From positions 78,379 through 142,378 of the forward strand of contig JANKMU010000004.1 in the NCBI GenBank assembly GCA_024650045.1: DNA of 64,000 nucleotides, given 5' to 3'. The notes beneath the pieces are model-generated. The model had not been told where the DNA came from. It saw only the letters and a program-made list of their open reading frames with translations, and did not search any database. Shown one piece after another: positions 1-9,406 of this stretch. Within the stretch, counting starts at the first letter, position 1; each line of letters opens with the position of its first letter. Made by a program: the position numbers and the translations under genes. The DNA comes from Mycoplasmatota bacterium. GTDB lineage: Bacteria; Bacillota_I; Bacilli_A; Acholeplasmatales; Acholeplasmataceae.

Positions 1-3000
1 TCTTTAAAATTATCGGAAGAAGCATTAAATGCCCTCATCCTAGCTGGTATTGACCAGTTAGAAGATTTTAATACATTTAATTTAAAAGAATTAAGATTAT
101 TATTAGGTGATAACTTCGAAGAAATTAAAACAATTCTTCGTCGTTATACATTACCTAGATATCTTGAAAACTTAAACTTAAGTGATGAAGTGATTGAAGT
201 CTTAGAGAAAGCAAGTATCCGTGATTTAAAAGAGTTATTAGAGTTTGATCGACATGCATTATATCACTTGTTTGAAGATGATGCGATACTTCGTCAAGAA
301 GTTAACAATATTTTAGAACTATATGGTTTCGATCCATTAAAGGAACATGCACATCAACCAGAAGCTGCATTTATTGCTGAAGAAGAAACTGAATCATTAC
401 TTGATATTGATTTATCAGAACGTATTCATAGACATGTACAACCAATTCGTAAAGGATATGGAAGTAGAACATATAGCCATTTAAAGATTCGTTTAGCATC
501 GCCTGAAGAAATCAGACAATGGTCATATGGTGAAGTTAAAACACACGAAACTATTAACTATAGAACATCTAAACCTGAAGAGGGTGGATTGTTCTGTGAA
601 CGTATTTTTGGTCCTACTAGAGATTACCAATGCGCTTGTGGTAAAAAACAAAGCGGCAATAAAGGCCAAATTTGTTTGAAGTGTGGTATTGAAATAACAG
701 AATCCAAAGTTCGTAGAGAACGCATGGGTCATATTGAGTTAGAAGCACCTGTTGTTCATACTTGGTATTTAAAAAACTCTCCATCACGTTTAGCTATTCT
801 TTTAGGCATTAAAGCAAAAGCATTGGAAGAAGTTGTTTATCATGCATCTTATATTGTTACAGATCCAGGAACTGCACCATTATCTAAAAAACAGATTTTA
901 TCTGAACAAGATTTTAGTGCTTTAACTGAAGAATATGGTAGTAGATTCCAAGCATTAACTGGTGCTGAAGCAGTTAAGAAATTATTACAAGAACTAGACT
1001 TAGATAAAGAAGTTAAATCTTTACGTAAAAAACTTAAAACAAGTTCAAAACAAAAAAGAGATCGTATTATCAAACGTTTAGAAGTTGTTGAAGCATTCAA
1101 CAATTCAGATAATAAACCAGAATGGATGGTTATGGATGTTATTCCTGTCATTCCACCTGATTTAAGACCTATGGTTGCGCTTGATGGCGGACGTTTTGCT
1201 ACTACAGATCTAAATGACTTATATCGTCGTATATTAAACCGTAACAACCGTTTGAAAAAACAAAAAGAACAAATGGCACCTCGTTTGATTACGAAAAATG
1301 AAAAACGTATGCTTCAAGAAGCTGTTGATGCATTATTTGATAATGCAAAACGTGGAAAGAAAGCGGCAGTTGAAAGAAATAGACATTTAAAATCATTATC
1401 AGATATGTTGCGTGGTAAACAAGGTCGATTTAGACAAAACTTACTTGGTAAACGTGTTGACTATTCAGGTCGTTCAGTTATTATTGTTGGACCAGACCTT
1501 GAAATGTATCAATGTGGTATTCCTAGAGAGATGGCTATAATTTTGTTTAAACCATTTATCTTAAGAGAATTACAAAAGCTTTCAGGTAATGATGCAAATG
1601 CAAAGAAAAATGCAAATAGTAAATACGAGAAAATGGATGATGATGTATGGGCAGCATTAGATAAGGTTGTTAAAGAACATCCTGTACTATTGAACCGTGC
1701 ACCTACACTACATAGACTTGGTATTCAAGCATTCGAACCTAAATTGATTGATGGTAAAGCGATTCGCCTTCACCCACTTGTTACTCCAGCGTTTAATGCT
1801 GACTTTGACGGTGACCAAATGGCGGTCCACGTTCCATTATCAAATGAAGCGCAAGCAGAAGCAAGGTTGTTAATGCTTGCATCAAATAACATTTTGAATC
1901 CTAAAGATGGTAAGCCTGTCGTAACACCTTCACAAGATATGGTATTAGGTAACTATTATCTAACAATTGAGGAAAATTTAAGCAGACAACTTTCTAAGGG
2001 TTATCGTTCTGAAATAAGACAAGATGAGCATAATGATAGACATCGACATGAAGGACATTTCTTTACGAATTATGATGAAGCTTATTTAGCTTATCAAAAC
2101 CAAGAAATAGGTCTTCATACAAGAATTATTATCGATCCTAAATCAATCAATCAAAAATTCACTGATGAACAAAGAAATAAATATTTAGTAACAACTTTAG
2201 GTAAGCTGATATTTAATAGAATTTTACCTCCAAGTTTCCACTATTTAAATGAACCAACTTTGGAAAACTTAGAAATAAAAACTCCTGATAAATACTTCTT
2301 AGCAAAAGGTGTTAATCCATATGATGCTTTAAAAAATATACAATCACCAGATCCATTTAAGAAAAAATTCTTATCACAAATCATTGCTCAAGTATTTAAA
2401 GACTTACATATTAGTGAGACATCAAAAATGCTTGACAGATTAAAGGACTTAGGATTTAAGTACTCAACGGTTGCTGGTATTACTGTATCGTTTGCAGATA
2501 TTAATGTATATTCCAAAAAACATGAACGTATTGAATTAACTAACAATAATATTGATGAAATAACTTCATGGTTTGAAGATGGTATGTTAACTGATAAAGA
2601 ACGTCGTGATCTTGTTGTTAAACAATGGCAAGATGCCCGTGATGACATTCAAAAAGGCTTAATGGCTGAATTTGATGAAGATAACAATATTTATATGATG
2701 TCAGACTCTGGTGCCCGTGGTAATGCATCTAACTTTGCTCAGCTAGCTGGTATGCGTGGTTTGATGAATAATCCTAAAGGTGAAATTATTGAAGTTCCAG
2801 TTCAAGCATCATTTAGAGAGGGCTTGACTGTATCTGAATTCTTTATTTCCACACATGGTGCACGTAAAGGTTCTACAGATACAGCTTTAAAAACAGCTGA
2901 ATCAGGATACTTAACTCGTCGTTTAGTCGATGTCAGCCAAGATGTAATTGTTGTTGATGAAGACTGTGGAACAGAACGTGGTGTATTCATGGAAGCAATC

Positions 3001-4119
3001 ATGGATGACACAAAAGAAATCGTTCCATTATATGATCGCATCGTAGGACGTTATGCTAGTAAAGATATTGTTCATCCGAAATCTAAACAAGTTCTTGCTA
3101 AGAGAAATGAATTGATAACAGAAGAAGTTGGACAAAACATATTAAAAGCTGGTATTGAAGGTGTTGAAATTAGAAGTAACTTAACATGTATTTCTGAAAA
3201 TGGAGTGTGTGCGAAATGTTATGGACGAAATCTTGCAACCAATACTAGAGTTGAAGTTGGAGAAGCTGTCGGTGTTGTTGCTGCGCAATCAATTGGTGAA
3301 CCTGGTACTCAGTTAACCATGAGAACCTTCCATACTGGAGGGGTTGCATCTGCATCAGATATTACCCAAGGTCTTCCACGTATTCAAGAGTTATTTGAAG
3401 CGAGAAATCCAAAAGGTAAAGCTATCCTAAGCGAAGTTGATGGTAAAGTTAAGTCAATTGAACGCCAACGTGGTGGATCTTCAATCATTACGATTGTTGA
3501 TGCTAGTGATAAAGACTATAAGTACACCATTGATCCAAACGTAGAATCATTAGTTAGAAAAGGTGCTACAGTAAAAGCAGGACAAAGACTAACACTTGGT
3601 TCAATTAATCCAAAAGAATTATTACGTATCGTTTCAACACAAGCAGCAGAAACATACATCTTAGAAGAAGTTCAAAAAGTGTATCGTGCGCAAGGTGTTG
3701 AAATTAGTGACAAGCATATTGAGTTAATCATTCGTCAAATGCTTAGAAGAATTACGATTGTTACTGAAGGAGATACAGAATTGCTTCCAGGTACTGAAGT
3801 GTCCGTCTCTGATTTCAAGAGAGCGAATAAAGAAGTATTCAAGCAAATGAAACGACCAGCAGTTGGTAGACCTATTTTATTAGGTATTACTAGAGCAAGT
3901 TTAAGAAGTGATTCATTCTTATCTGCAGCATCATTCCAAGAAACAACTAGAATTTTGACTGATGCAGCAATTCGCGGTAAGACAGATGAACTTCATGGGT
4001 TAAAAGAAAACGTCATCATTGGCGGTTTAATCCCAGCTGGTACAGGTATATTGAGAGAATCAAATTTTGAATATGATCGCTCAAATACTTATACTGAGGA
4101 AGAAGAATTAGATTATTAA
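1..4119 (+). CDS. rpoC: DNA-directed RNA polymerase subunit beta-prime, with an in-frame N-terminal extension that runs off the left edge of the window
   Basis: Frame 1 is open from base 1 and continuous with the track ORF 190..4119. The canonical beta-prime N-terminus ([19 protein letters not shown]) begins near nt 481. It also has the Zn-finger cysteines (YQCACGKK...CLKCG) and the catalytic [12 protein letters not shown] loop. No SD precedes GTG190, so the true start is probably upstream of the window. Confidence 0.95.
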   Translation, partial: SLKLSEEALNALILAGIDQLEDFNTFNLKELRLLLGDNFEEIKTILRRYTLPRYLENLNLSDEVIEVLEKASIRDLKELLEFDRHALYHLFEDDAILRQEVNNILELYGFDPLKEHAHQPEAAFIAEEETESLLDIDLSERIHRHVQPIRKGYGSRTYSHLKIRLASPEEIRQWSYGEVKTHETINYRTSKPEEGGLFCERIFGPTRDYQCACGKKQSGNKGQICLKCGIEITESKVRRERMGHIELEAPVVHTWYLKNSPSRLAILLGIKAKALEEVVYHASYIVTDPGTAPLSKKQILSEQDFSALTEEYGSRFQALTGAEAVKKLLQELDLDKEVKSLRKKLKTSSKQKRDRIIKRLEVVEAFNNSDNKPEWMVMDVIPVIPPDLRPMVALDGGRFATTDLNDLYRRILNRNNRLKKQKEQMAPRLITKNEKRMLQEAVDALFDNAKRGKKAAVERNRHLKSLSDMLRGKQGRFRQNLLGKRVDYSGRSVIIVGPDLEMYQCGIPREMAIILFKPFILRELQKLSGNDANAKKNANSKYEKMDDDVWAALDKVVKEHPVLLNRAPTLHRLGIQAFEPKLIDGKAIRLHPLVTPAFNADFDGDQMAVHVPLSNEAQAEARLLMLASNNILNPKDGKPVVTPSQDMVLGNYYLTIEENLSRQLSKGYRSEIRQDEHNDRHRHEGHFFTNYDEAYLAYQNQEIGLHTRIIIDPKSINQKFTDEQRNKYLVTTLGKLIFNRILPPSFHYLNEPTLENLEIKTPDKYFLAKGVNPYDALKNIQSPDPFKKKFLSQIIAQVFKDLHISETSKMLDRLKDLGFKYSTVAGITVSFADINVYSKKHERIELTNNNIDEITSWFEDGMLTDKERRDLVVKQWQDARDDIQKGLMAEFDEDNNIYMMSDSGARGNASNFAQLAGMRGLMNNPKGEIIEVPVQASFREGLTVSEFFISTHGARKGSTDTALKTAESGYLTRRLVDVSQDVIVVDEDCGTERGVFMEAIMDDTKEIVPLYDRIVGRYASKDIVHPKSKQVLAKRNELITEEVGQNILKAGIEGVEIRSNLTCISENGVCAKCYGRNLATNTRVEVGEAVGVVAAQSIGEPGTQLTMRTFHTGGVASASDITQGLPRIQELFEARNPKGKAILSEVDGKVKSIERQRGGSSIITIVDASDKDYKYTIDPNVESLVRKGATVKAGQRLTLGSINPKELLRIVSTQAAETYILEEVQKVYRAQGVEISDKHIELIIRQMLRRITIVTEGDTELLPGTEVSVSDFKRANKEVFKQMKRPAVGRPILLGITRASLRSDSFLSAASFQETTRILTDAAIRGKTDELHGLKENVIIGGLIPAGTGILRESNFEYDRSNTYTEEEELDY

Positions 4120-4126
4120 TCCAATA

Positions 4127-4156
4127 AAGGGCATGTTGAATGCCCTTTTTGTTTTT
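4127..4156 (+). terminator. Intrinsic terminator after rpoC
   Basis: 8-bp stem AAGGGCAT/ATGCCCTT with loop GTTGA, followed by TTTTTGTTTTT. Confidence 0.8.
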
Positions 4157-4192
4157 CTGTTGTTTAATTAAATAAGATATATATCTTATATT

Positions 4193-4203
4193 TGTGATAA
4201 AAT
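4193..4203 (+). promoter_or_regulatory. Extended -10 promoter (TGTGATAAAAT) for psuK-psuG
   Basis: Matches the Gram-positive TRTGnTAAAAT extended -10 and lies 30 nt upstream of the ATG at 4234. The same 11-mer occurs upstream of tatD (12929..12939). Confidence 0.5.
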
Positions 4204-4233
4204 ATAGGCACAGTATTGATTAGAGAGGTTTCT

Positions 4234-5139
4234 ATGAAAAAAATAGTTGTAATTGGTGGGTCTGTTATTGATATATTTGCTTATCCACATCATAGAATGA
4301 TCATGAACGATTCAAACCCTGGATATTTAAGAAAATCGATGGGCGGTGTTGGTAGAAACATTGCTGAAAATTTGGTTCGCCTAGGATTAGACACAACATT
4401 AATCACTGTTTTAGGTGATGATGATGCTGGCATGTTCATCAAAGAAACATGTAGGAATCTTGGGTTAAAATTATCTATCGTTGAGGTATCAACAACTCCT
4501 ACATACTTATGCATTATGGATGAACATAATGAAGATTTAATAAGTGTAGCTGCTATGGATCAAATAGAAGCATTAAATGAGAATTCGCTTAATGAAAGAA
4601 GAATCATTATTAATCAAGCAGATATATTAATCGTTGATACTAACTTATCTATCGAAACACTCACTTACATTTTTGAAACCTATGATAAAGATATATATGT
4701 TGATACAATTTCTAGTCAAAAAGCAATTAAAATTAAACCATTTTTGTCTAAAATTAATACTCTAAAACTTAATCGTTTAGAGGCGGAATTACTTTCAGGT
4801 ATTCATTATGAGGATGAAAAAGATATTTATAAAATAGGCGACTATTTTATTTCTCACGGCGTTAAAGAAGTATTTATTACATTAGGTTCAAATGGTTCAT
4901 TATATATGAGTAATAAAATATCTCGCTATAAACCTTCATATAGAGTTCCTATCTTGAATTCTACTGGTGCAGGTGATGCATTCTTTGCAGGCGTCATTTA
5001 TGCAAAATTAAACAACTTAGATCCACTTGTTTATGGATCTGCATCAGCAATTGTTAATTTGCAAGATGAGAAAGCAGTTGCATCTGATTTAACAGTTGAA
5101 AAATTACATGAAACAATTAAGGAGTACAAATTATCATGA
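4234..5139 (+). CDS. psuK: PfkB-family carbohydrate kinase, probable pseudouridine kinase
   Basis: Ribokinase/PfkB fold motifs: N-terminal [10 protein letters not shown] and C-terminal [11 protein letters not shown]. It is translationally coupled (ATGA overlap) to the psuG-like gene. The start is moved to ATG 4234, which follows AGAGAGG; the track start TTG 4216 has no SD. Confidence 0.7.
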   Translation: MKKIVVIGGSVIDIFAYPHHRMIMNDSNPGYLRKSMGGVGRNIAENLVRLGLDTTLITVLGDDDAGMFIKETCRNLGLKLSIVEVSTTPTYLCIMDEHNEDLISVAAMDQIEALNENSLNERRIIINQADILIVDTNLSIETLTYIFETYDKDIYVDTISSQKAIKIKPFLSKINTLKLNRLEAELLSGIHYEDEKDIYKIGDYFISHGVKEVFITLGSNGSLYMSNKISRYKPSYRVPILNSTGAGDAFFAGVIYAKLNNLDPLVYGSASAIVNLQDEKAVASDLTVEKLHETIKEYKLS

Positions 5140-6047
5140 ACCAATATATTGATATTCATCCAGATGTTGAAAAAGCACTTAAAGAAAAAAAACCCGTTGT
5201 TGCACTCGAATCAACAATCATTTCCCATGGGATGCCATATCCACAAAATGTCGAAATGGCAATCAATGTTGAAAACTTGATTAAAGAAGAAGGTGCTGTG
5301 CCAGCAACGATTGCTATATTGGATGGCAGAATCAAAGTTGGTTTAACTCATAGCGAAATTGAACTTCTAGCAAAAGCTAAAGATGTTCATAAAGTAGGAA
5401 AAAGAGATTTTTCATATGTAGTTTCACAAAAAAGAAATGGAGCTACTACTGTTTCTGGGACTGCACTTGTTGCTGAAATGGTAGGTATCAAAATATTTGC
5501 TACAGGTGGGATAGGCGGTGTTCATCGTGGTGCTGAAAACACATTTGACATTTCTAGAGATCTTGAAGAGGTGTCACTTGTTAATGTTGCAGTGATTTGT
5601 GCTGGTGCTAAATCTATTTTAGATTTGGGGTTAACGCTTGAATACTTAGAAACAAAAGGCGTTGAAGTTATCGGTTATCAGACAAAAGAATTACCGGCTT
5701 TTTATACTAGAGAAAGTGGATTTCAAGTTAACTATCAACTTAACACACCAGAAGAGATTGCACAACTTTTACATGCAAAATGGTCACTCAATTTAACAGG
5801 TGGTATTATCGTTGCTAATCCAATTCCGAAACCATATAGTATGGATTCTACTCAAATTAACCAAGCAATTGAGCAAGCAGTTGAAGAAGCAAATCTGAAT
5901 GGAATTAAAGGTAATGAAGTAACTCCATACTTATTATCTAAAATAAAAAATATAACAGAAGGCTCAAGTTTAGAATCAAATATAGAACTTGTGTACAATA
6001 ATGCAAGATTAGCTGCAAAAATCGCATGTGCATATGCATTATTATAA
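5136..6047 (+). CDS. psuG: Pseudouridine-5'-phosphate glycosidase (YeiN/PsuG family)
   Basis: Family-typical N-terminus [19 protein letters not shown] and GGIGGVHRG motif, about 300 aa, paired with the PfkB kinase. Confidence 0.85.
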   Translation: MNQYIDIHPDVEKALKEKKPVVALESTIISHGMPYPQNVEMAINVENLIKEEGAVPATIAILDGRIKVGLTHSEIELLAKAKDVHKVGKRDFSYVVSQKRNGATTVSGTALVAEMVGIKIFATGGIGGVHRGAENTFDISRDLEEVSLVNVAVICAGAKSILDLGLTLEYLETKGVEVIGYQTKELPAFYTRESGFQVNYQLNTPEEIAQLLHAKWSLNLTGGIIVANPIPKPYSMDSTQINQAIEQAVEEANLNGIKGNEVTPYLLSKIKNITEGSSLESNIELVYNNARLAAKIACAYALL

Positions 6048-6070
6048 TAACTATATTTTATCCCTAAAAT

Positions 6071-6094
6071 AAGGATATGAAATATCCTTTTTTT
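6071..6094 (+). terminator. Intrinsic terminator after psuG
   Basis: Stem AAGGATAT/ATATCCTT with a 3-nt loop and a T7 run. Confidence 0.75.
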
Positions 6095-6185
6095 AACAGA
6101 TAGTTAAAAAACGTTCGAAAATACTATATAATTCGAGTAAAATATAATATAATAGATTTAAGTGGTTTTTTGAAAAGAGGAATTT

Positions 6186-7376
6186 ATGATGGATATATTT
6201 AAGAAATGTTATCAATTTGATACAGCCAAAAAAGCACGTGAAGGTGGATACTATCCATATTTTCACGAATTAACAAGTAAACAAGATACAGTCGTTCACA
6301 TGGAAGGCAAAGAGATGATTATGATCGGGTCAAATAATTACCTGGGATTGACATCACATCCAGAAGTTATTCAAGCAGCTGTAGAGGCGACTTTAAAATA
6401 TGGAACTGGGGTTTCTGGTTCGCGCTTTTTAAACGGTACATTGAATTTGCACAAGGATTTAGAAAGAGAACTAGCAGCATTTTTAAATAAAGAAGACTGC
6501 ACAATATTTTCAACTGGTTTCCAAAGTAATCTTGGAATTATTTCTGCTGTTGCAGGACGTAATGATATCATATTCTCTGATAAAGAAAATCATGCAAGCA
6601 TCTACGATGGCACAAGATTGAGTTATGCTGAAATTATTAGATACGAACATAGCAATATGGAAGACTTAGAAGAAAAGCTTTCAAAAGCGCCAGATAATAA
6701 AGGTAAAATTATTATTACTGATGGTGTCTTTTCAATGAGTGGCGATATCGCAAAGCTACCAGAAATAGTTGTTCTAGCTAAAAAATATGGAGCACGAATT
6801 ATGGTGGATGACGCTCATGGTTTTGGTGTTATGGGACCTACAGGAAGAGGAACAGCTGAACATTTTGGTTTAGAAGACGAGATTGATATTATTATGGGAA
6901 CATTTTCTAAATCATTAGCTAGTTTGGGTGGATATGTTGCTGCTGAAAGTGATGTTGTAGATTATATAAGACACAATTCACGTCCTTATATTTTCTCAGC
7001 TGCAATTCCAGCTGCAAATACAGCTGCAGCTCTCGCTGCACTACGTATTTTAAAGCGCGAACCTGAAAGAGTACATGCACTACATGATATTGCAGACTAT
7101 ATGCGACAAGGATTAAAAAATAAAGGATTAAAAATTAGAGATTCTAGAACACCAATAATACCAATATTTACGTATACGCAATTAAGAACTTTGGTTGCAT
7201 GTAATACATTATTCGAACAAGGTGTATATGTTAATCCTGTTGTTCCACCTGCAACCCCAGTTGGGGAATGCTTGATCAGAACAAGTTATACGGCTACACA
7301 TACAAAAGAACAAATGGACATTGCAATTGAAAAAATTGCAGAAGTTCTAAAGAATTTAGAAGATTTTGAGGAATAA
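6186..7376 (+). CDS. PLP-dependent alpha-oxoamine synthase, serine palmitoyltransferase-like
   Basis: Fold-type I AOS family (GSNNYLGL, DDAHGFG). The PLP-lysine context is GTFSKSL, and the N-terminal GGYYPYF, GSRFLNGT and C-terminal NPVVPPATP loop match bacterial SPT (Bacteroides/Sphingomonas type) rather than Kbl (GTLGKAL) or BioF. SD AAGAGGA lies upstream. Confidence 0.65.
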   Translation: MMDIFKKCYQFDTAKKAREGGYYPYFHELTSKQDTVVHMEGKEMIMIGSNNYLGLTSHPEVIQAAVEATLKYGTGVSGSRFLNGTLNLHKDLERELAAFLNKEDCTIFSTGFQSNLGIISAVAGRNDIIFSDKENHASIYDGTRLSYAEIIRYEHSNMEDLEEKLSKAPDNKGKIIITDGVFSMSGDIAKLPEIVVLAKKYGARIMVDDAHGFGVMGPTGRGTAEHFGLEDEIDIIMGTFSKSLASLGGYVAAESDVVDYIRHNSRPYIFSAAIPAANTAAALAALRILKREPERVHALHDIADYMRQGLKNKGLKIRDSRTPIIPIFTYTQLRTLVACNTLFEQGVYVNPVVPPATPVGECLIRTSYTATHTKEQMDIAIEKIAEVLKNLEDFEE

Positions 7377-7378
7377 AA

Positions 7379-8179
7379 ATGAAAGTAATTATAATTACGG
7401 GAGCATCCTCAGGTATCGGATTATCAATTGCACAATATCTTGCTACAAAAGGCAATAATGTGTATGGGATATCACGAACTAAAATACATGAGAAGAATAT
7501 TAAAAGTATTCAAGCGGATGTAACCCAGTTTGAACAACTTCAAAAAGCATATGAAGACATTTTCGAGGTTGAAGGAAAAATTGATATTTTAATTAACAAT
7601 GCAGGTATGGGTATTTCCGGTAGTATCGAAGATACATCATATGATGATGCTCAATATTTGATGAATGTCAATTTTATGGGTGTTTTTAACTCTACAAAAG
7701 CAGTACTTCCATTGATGAGAAAAAGCGGTGGTGGAAAGATTTTAAACATGAGCTCTGTAGCATCAAAACTATCGATTCCATTTCAATCATTTTATAGCAG
7801 CTCAAAGGCTGCAGTAAATGCTTTTACTGATGCATTAGCTAACGAAGTTGCCCCATTCAATATTCAAGCATGTTCAATTATGCCCGGTGATATAAAAACT
7901 GGTTTTACAAAAAATAGAAAGAAAAATGATATTGATAGTGAAGCTTACAAAAAACGCGTGGATAAATCTGTTGCTGTTATGGAAGAAGATGAAAACAACG
8001 GTATGGATCCTGAAGTTGCAGCAAAAGCAATACATCGTTTAGTTAAACGGAAAAGAATACCTTTATATAAAACAGTTGGTGTACAATATAAACTGATTGT
8101 GCTTTTAGCAAAAATTTTACCCGCAAAATTTGTCAATAATATTGTTGGATCAATTTATGGTTTTAAGAAAGATAAATAA
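7379..8179 (+). CDS. Classical short-chain dehydrogenase/reductase, candidate 3-ketosphinganine reductase
   Basis: Motifs TGASSGIG, NNAG and S...YSSSK catalytic residues. It starts 2 nt after the SPT-like stop, so the two are co-transcribed. Confidence 0.6.
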   Translation: MKVIIITGASSGIGLSIAQYLATKGNNVYGISRTKIHEKNIKSIQADVTQFEQLQKAYEDIFEVEGKIDILINNAGMGISGSIEDTSYDDAQYLMNVNFMGVFNSTKAVLPLMRKSGGGKILNMSSVASKLSIPFQSFYSSSKAAVNAFTDALANEVAPFNIQACSIMPGDIKTGFTKNRKKNDIDSEAYKKRVDKSVAVMEEDENNGMDPEVAAKAIHRLVKRKRIPLYKTVGVQYKLIVLLAKILPAKFVNNIVGSIYGFKKDK

Positions 8180-8211
8180 ACAATACATCTAAAGATAAAT
8201 CAAAAACAATA

Positions 8212-8237
8212 ATCGATGGAAACATCGATTTTTGTTT
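8212..8237 (+). terminator. Intrinsic terminator after the SDR gene
   Basis: Stem ATCGATG/CATCGAT with loop GAAA, followed by TTTTTGTTTG. Confidence 0.7.
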
Positions 8238-8290
8238 GCCATATCCACCAAATTATTTGTAAATAATTATCATAATTTATGTTAAAATCA

Positions 8291-8319
8291 TTGACATTAC
8301 ACCGAATGTATTATATAAT
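8291..8319 (+). promoter_or_regulatory. Consensus sigma-A promoter of the str operon (TTGACA-17-TATAAT)
   Basis: Perfect -35 at 8291..8296 and perfect -10 at 8314..8319 with a 17-nt spacer, about 120 nt upstream of rpsL. Confidence 0.8.
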
Positions 8320-8440
8320 AAAAACGCTGCGTGAAATACACGCGATACAAATGAATTTTTTGGCCCAATAAAGCCAAAAATAATTTTTAAACCAAAAAAT
8401 GAAACACTTGGATATGTGTTTGAAGAAAGGAGAACTATAA

Positions 8441-8866
8441 ATGCCAACAATTCAACAACTTGTAAAAAACGGAAGATCAAGCAAAAAGTATAAATCAAAA
8501 TCACCTGCACTAGGCTATGGTTACAACAGTCTAAAGAAAAGTGAATCAGACTATACTTCACCACAAAAACGTGGAGTTTGTACACGTGTAACAACAATGA
8601 CACCTAAGAAACCTAACTCTGCACTACGTAAGTATGCTCGTGTTCGCTTAAGCAACCAAACAGAAGTAACTGCTTATATTCCTGGTATTGGACACTCTTT
8701 GCAAGAACATAGTGTGGTACTTATTCGCGGTGGTCGTGTAAAAGACCTTCCTGGAGTACGTTATCACGTTGTTCGCGGTACATTAGACGCATCTGGCGTA
8801 GCAAATCGCCAACAAGCTCGTTCTAAGTATGGAGCAAAACGTCCAAAAGCTGCAGTTAAAAAATAA
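8441..8866 (+). CDS. rpsL: 30S ribosomal protein S12
   Basis: MPTIQQLVK start, [10 protein letters not shown] and [13 protein letters not shown] motifs. SD AAAGGAG lies upstream. Confidence 0.97.
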   Translation: MPTIQQLVKNGRSSKKYKSKSPALGYGYNSLKKSESDYTSPQKRGVCTRVTTMTPKKPNSALRKYARVRLSNQTEVTAYIPGIGHSLQEHSVVLIRGGRVKDLPGVRYHVVRGTLDASGVANRQQARSKYGAKRPKAAVKK

Positions 8867-8920
8867 TAAATAATAAATCAGAAAAAGAAACATTCGAAAA
8901 GAAAGGAAGTAGGTGAACTC

Positions 8921-9391
8921 ATGCCACGTAAAGGACACATTGTAAAACGCGATGTTTTACCGGATCCAATTTATCAATCAAAACTTGTGACTCGTATTGT
9001 TAATACAATCATGGTTGATGGTAAAAAAGGAACAGCCCAAGGCATTTTATATGGCGCATTTAACCGCGTCAAAGAGGCAACTGGCCGCGAGCCAATTGAT
9101 GTTTTCAACGAAGCGTTGAATAACATTATGCCAGTATTAGAAGTTCGTTCACGCCGTATTGGTGGTCAAAACTACCAAGTACCAACTGAAGTTAGAGCTT
9201 CAAGAAAAACAACATTAGGATTAAGATGGTTAATTAATTACGCACGTTTGCGTAATGAAAAGACTATGGAAGAGAGATTAGCGAAAGAAATCATTGATGC
9301 ATCACAAGGATTAGGTGCAGCAGTGAAGAAACGTGAAGATGTCCATCGTATGGCTGAAGCAAATAAAGCATTTGCTCACTATCGCTGGTAA
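8921..9391 (+). CDS. rpsG: 30S ribosomal protein S7
   Basis: MPRKG...DPIY N-terminus, 156 aa, located between rpsL and fusA. Confidence 0.97.
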   Translation: MPRKGHIVKRDVLPDPIYQSKLVTRIVNTIMVDGKKGTAQGILYGAFNRVKEATGREPIDVFNEALNNIMPVLEVRSRRIGGQNYQVPTEVRASRKTTLGLRWLINYARLRNEKTMEERLAKEIIDASQGLGAAVKKREDVHRMAEANKAFAHYRW

Positions 9392-9406
9392 GTTAGGAGA
9401 ATTATT

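Noticed and set aside
190-192. GTG190 as the rpoC start codon, as given in the ORF track
   Set aside because: No SD lies upstream, and the frame stays open to base 1. The upstream codons form a repeat unit homologous to the one downstream of GTG190. It was listed as the start only because the track needs a start-type codon.
523-3041. Minus-strand ORFs inside rpoC (523..732, 849..1247, 2388..2648, 2802..3041)
   Set aside because: They lie fully antisense to a highly conserved gene, have low-complexity Ser/Leu/Ile-rich translations and no SD. These are typical shadow ORFs.
6186-7376. Annotating the alpha-oxoamine synthase as Kbl (2-amino-3-ketobutyrate CoA ligase) or BioF
   Set aside because: The lysine context GTFSKSL, the PPATP loop and the YPYF N-terminal motif fit SPT-type enzymes better. 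No bio genes or Zn-dependent tdh are adjacent. This is kept as the explicit alternative hypothesis in the finding.
8277-8603. 108-aa minus-strand ORF spanning the rpsL promoter, leader and 5' end
   Set aside because: It overlaps a consensus promoter and the S12 coding region in antisense. Its hydrophobic low-complexity product reflects AT-rich sequence.
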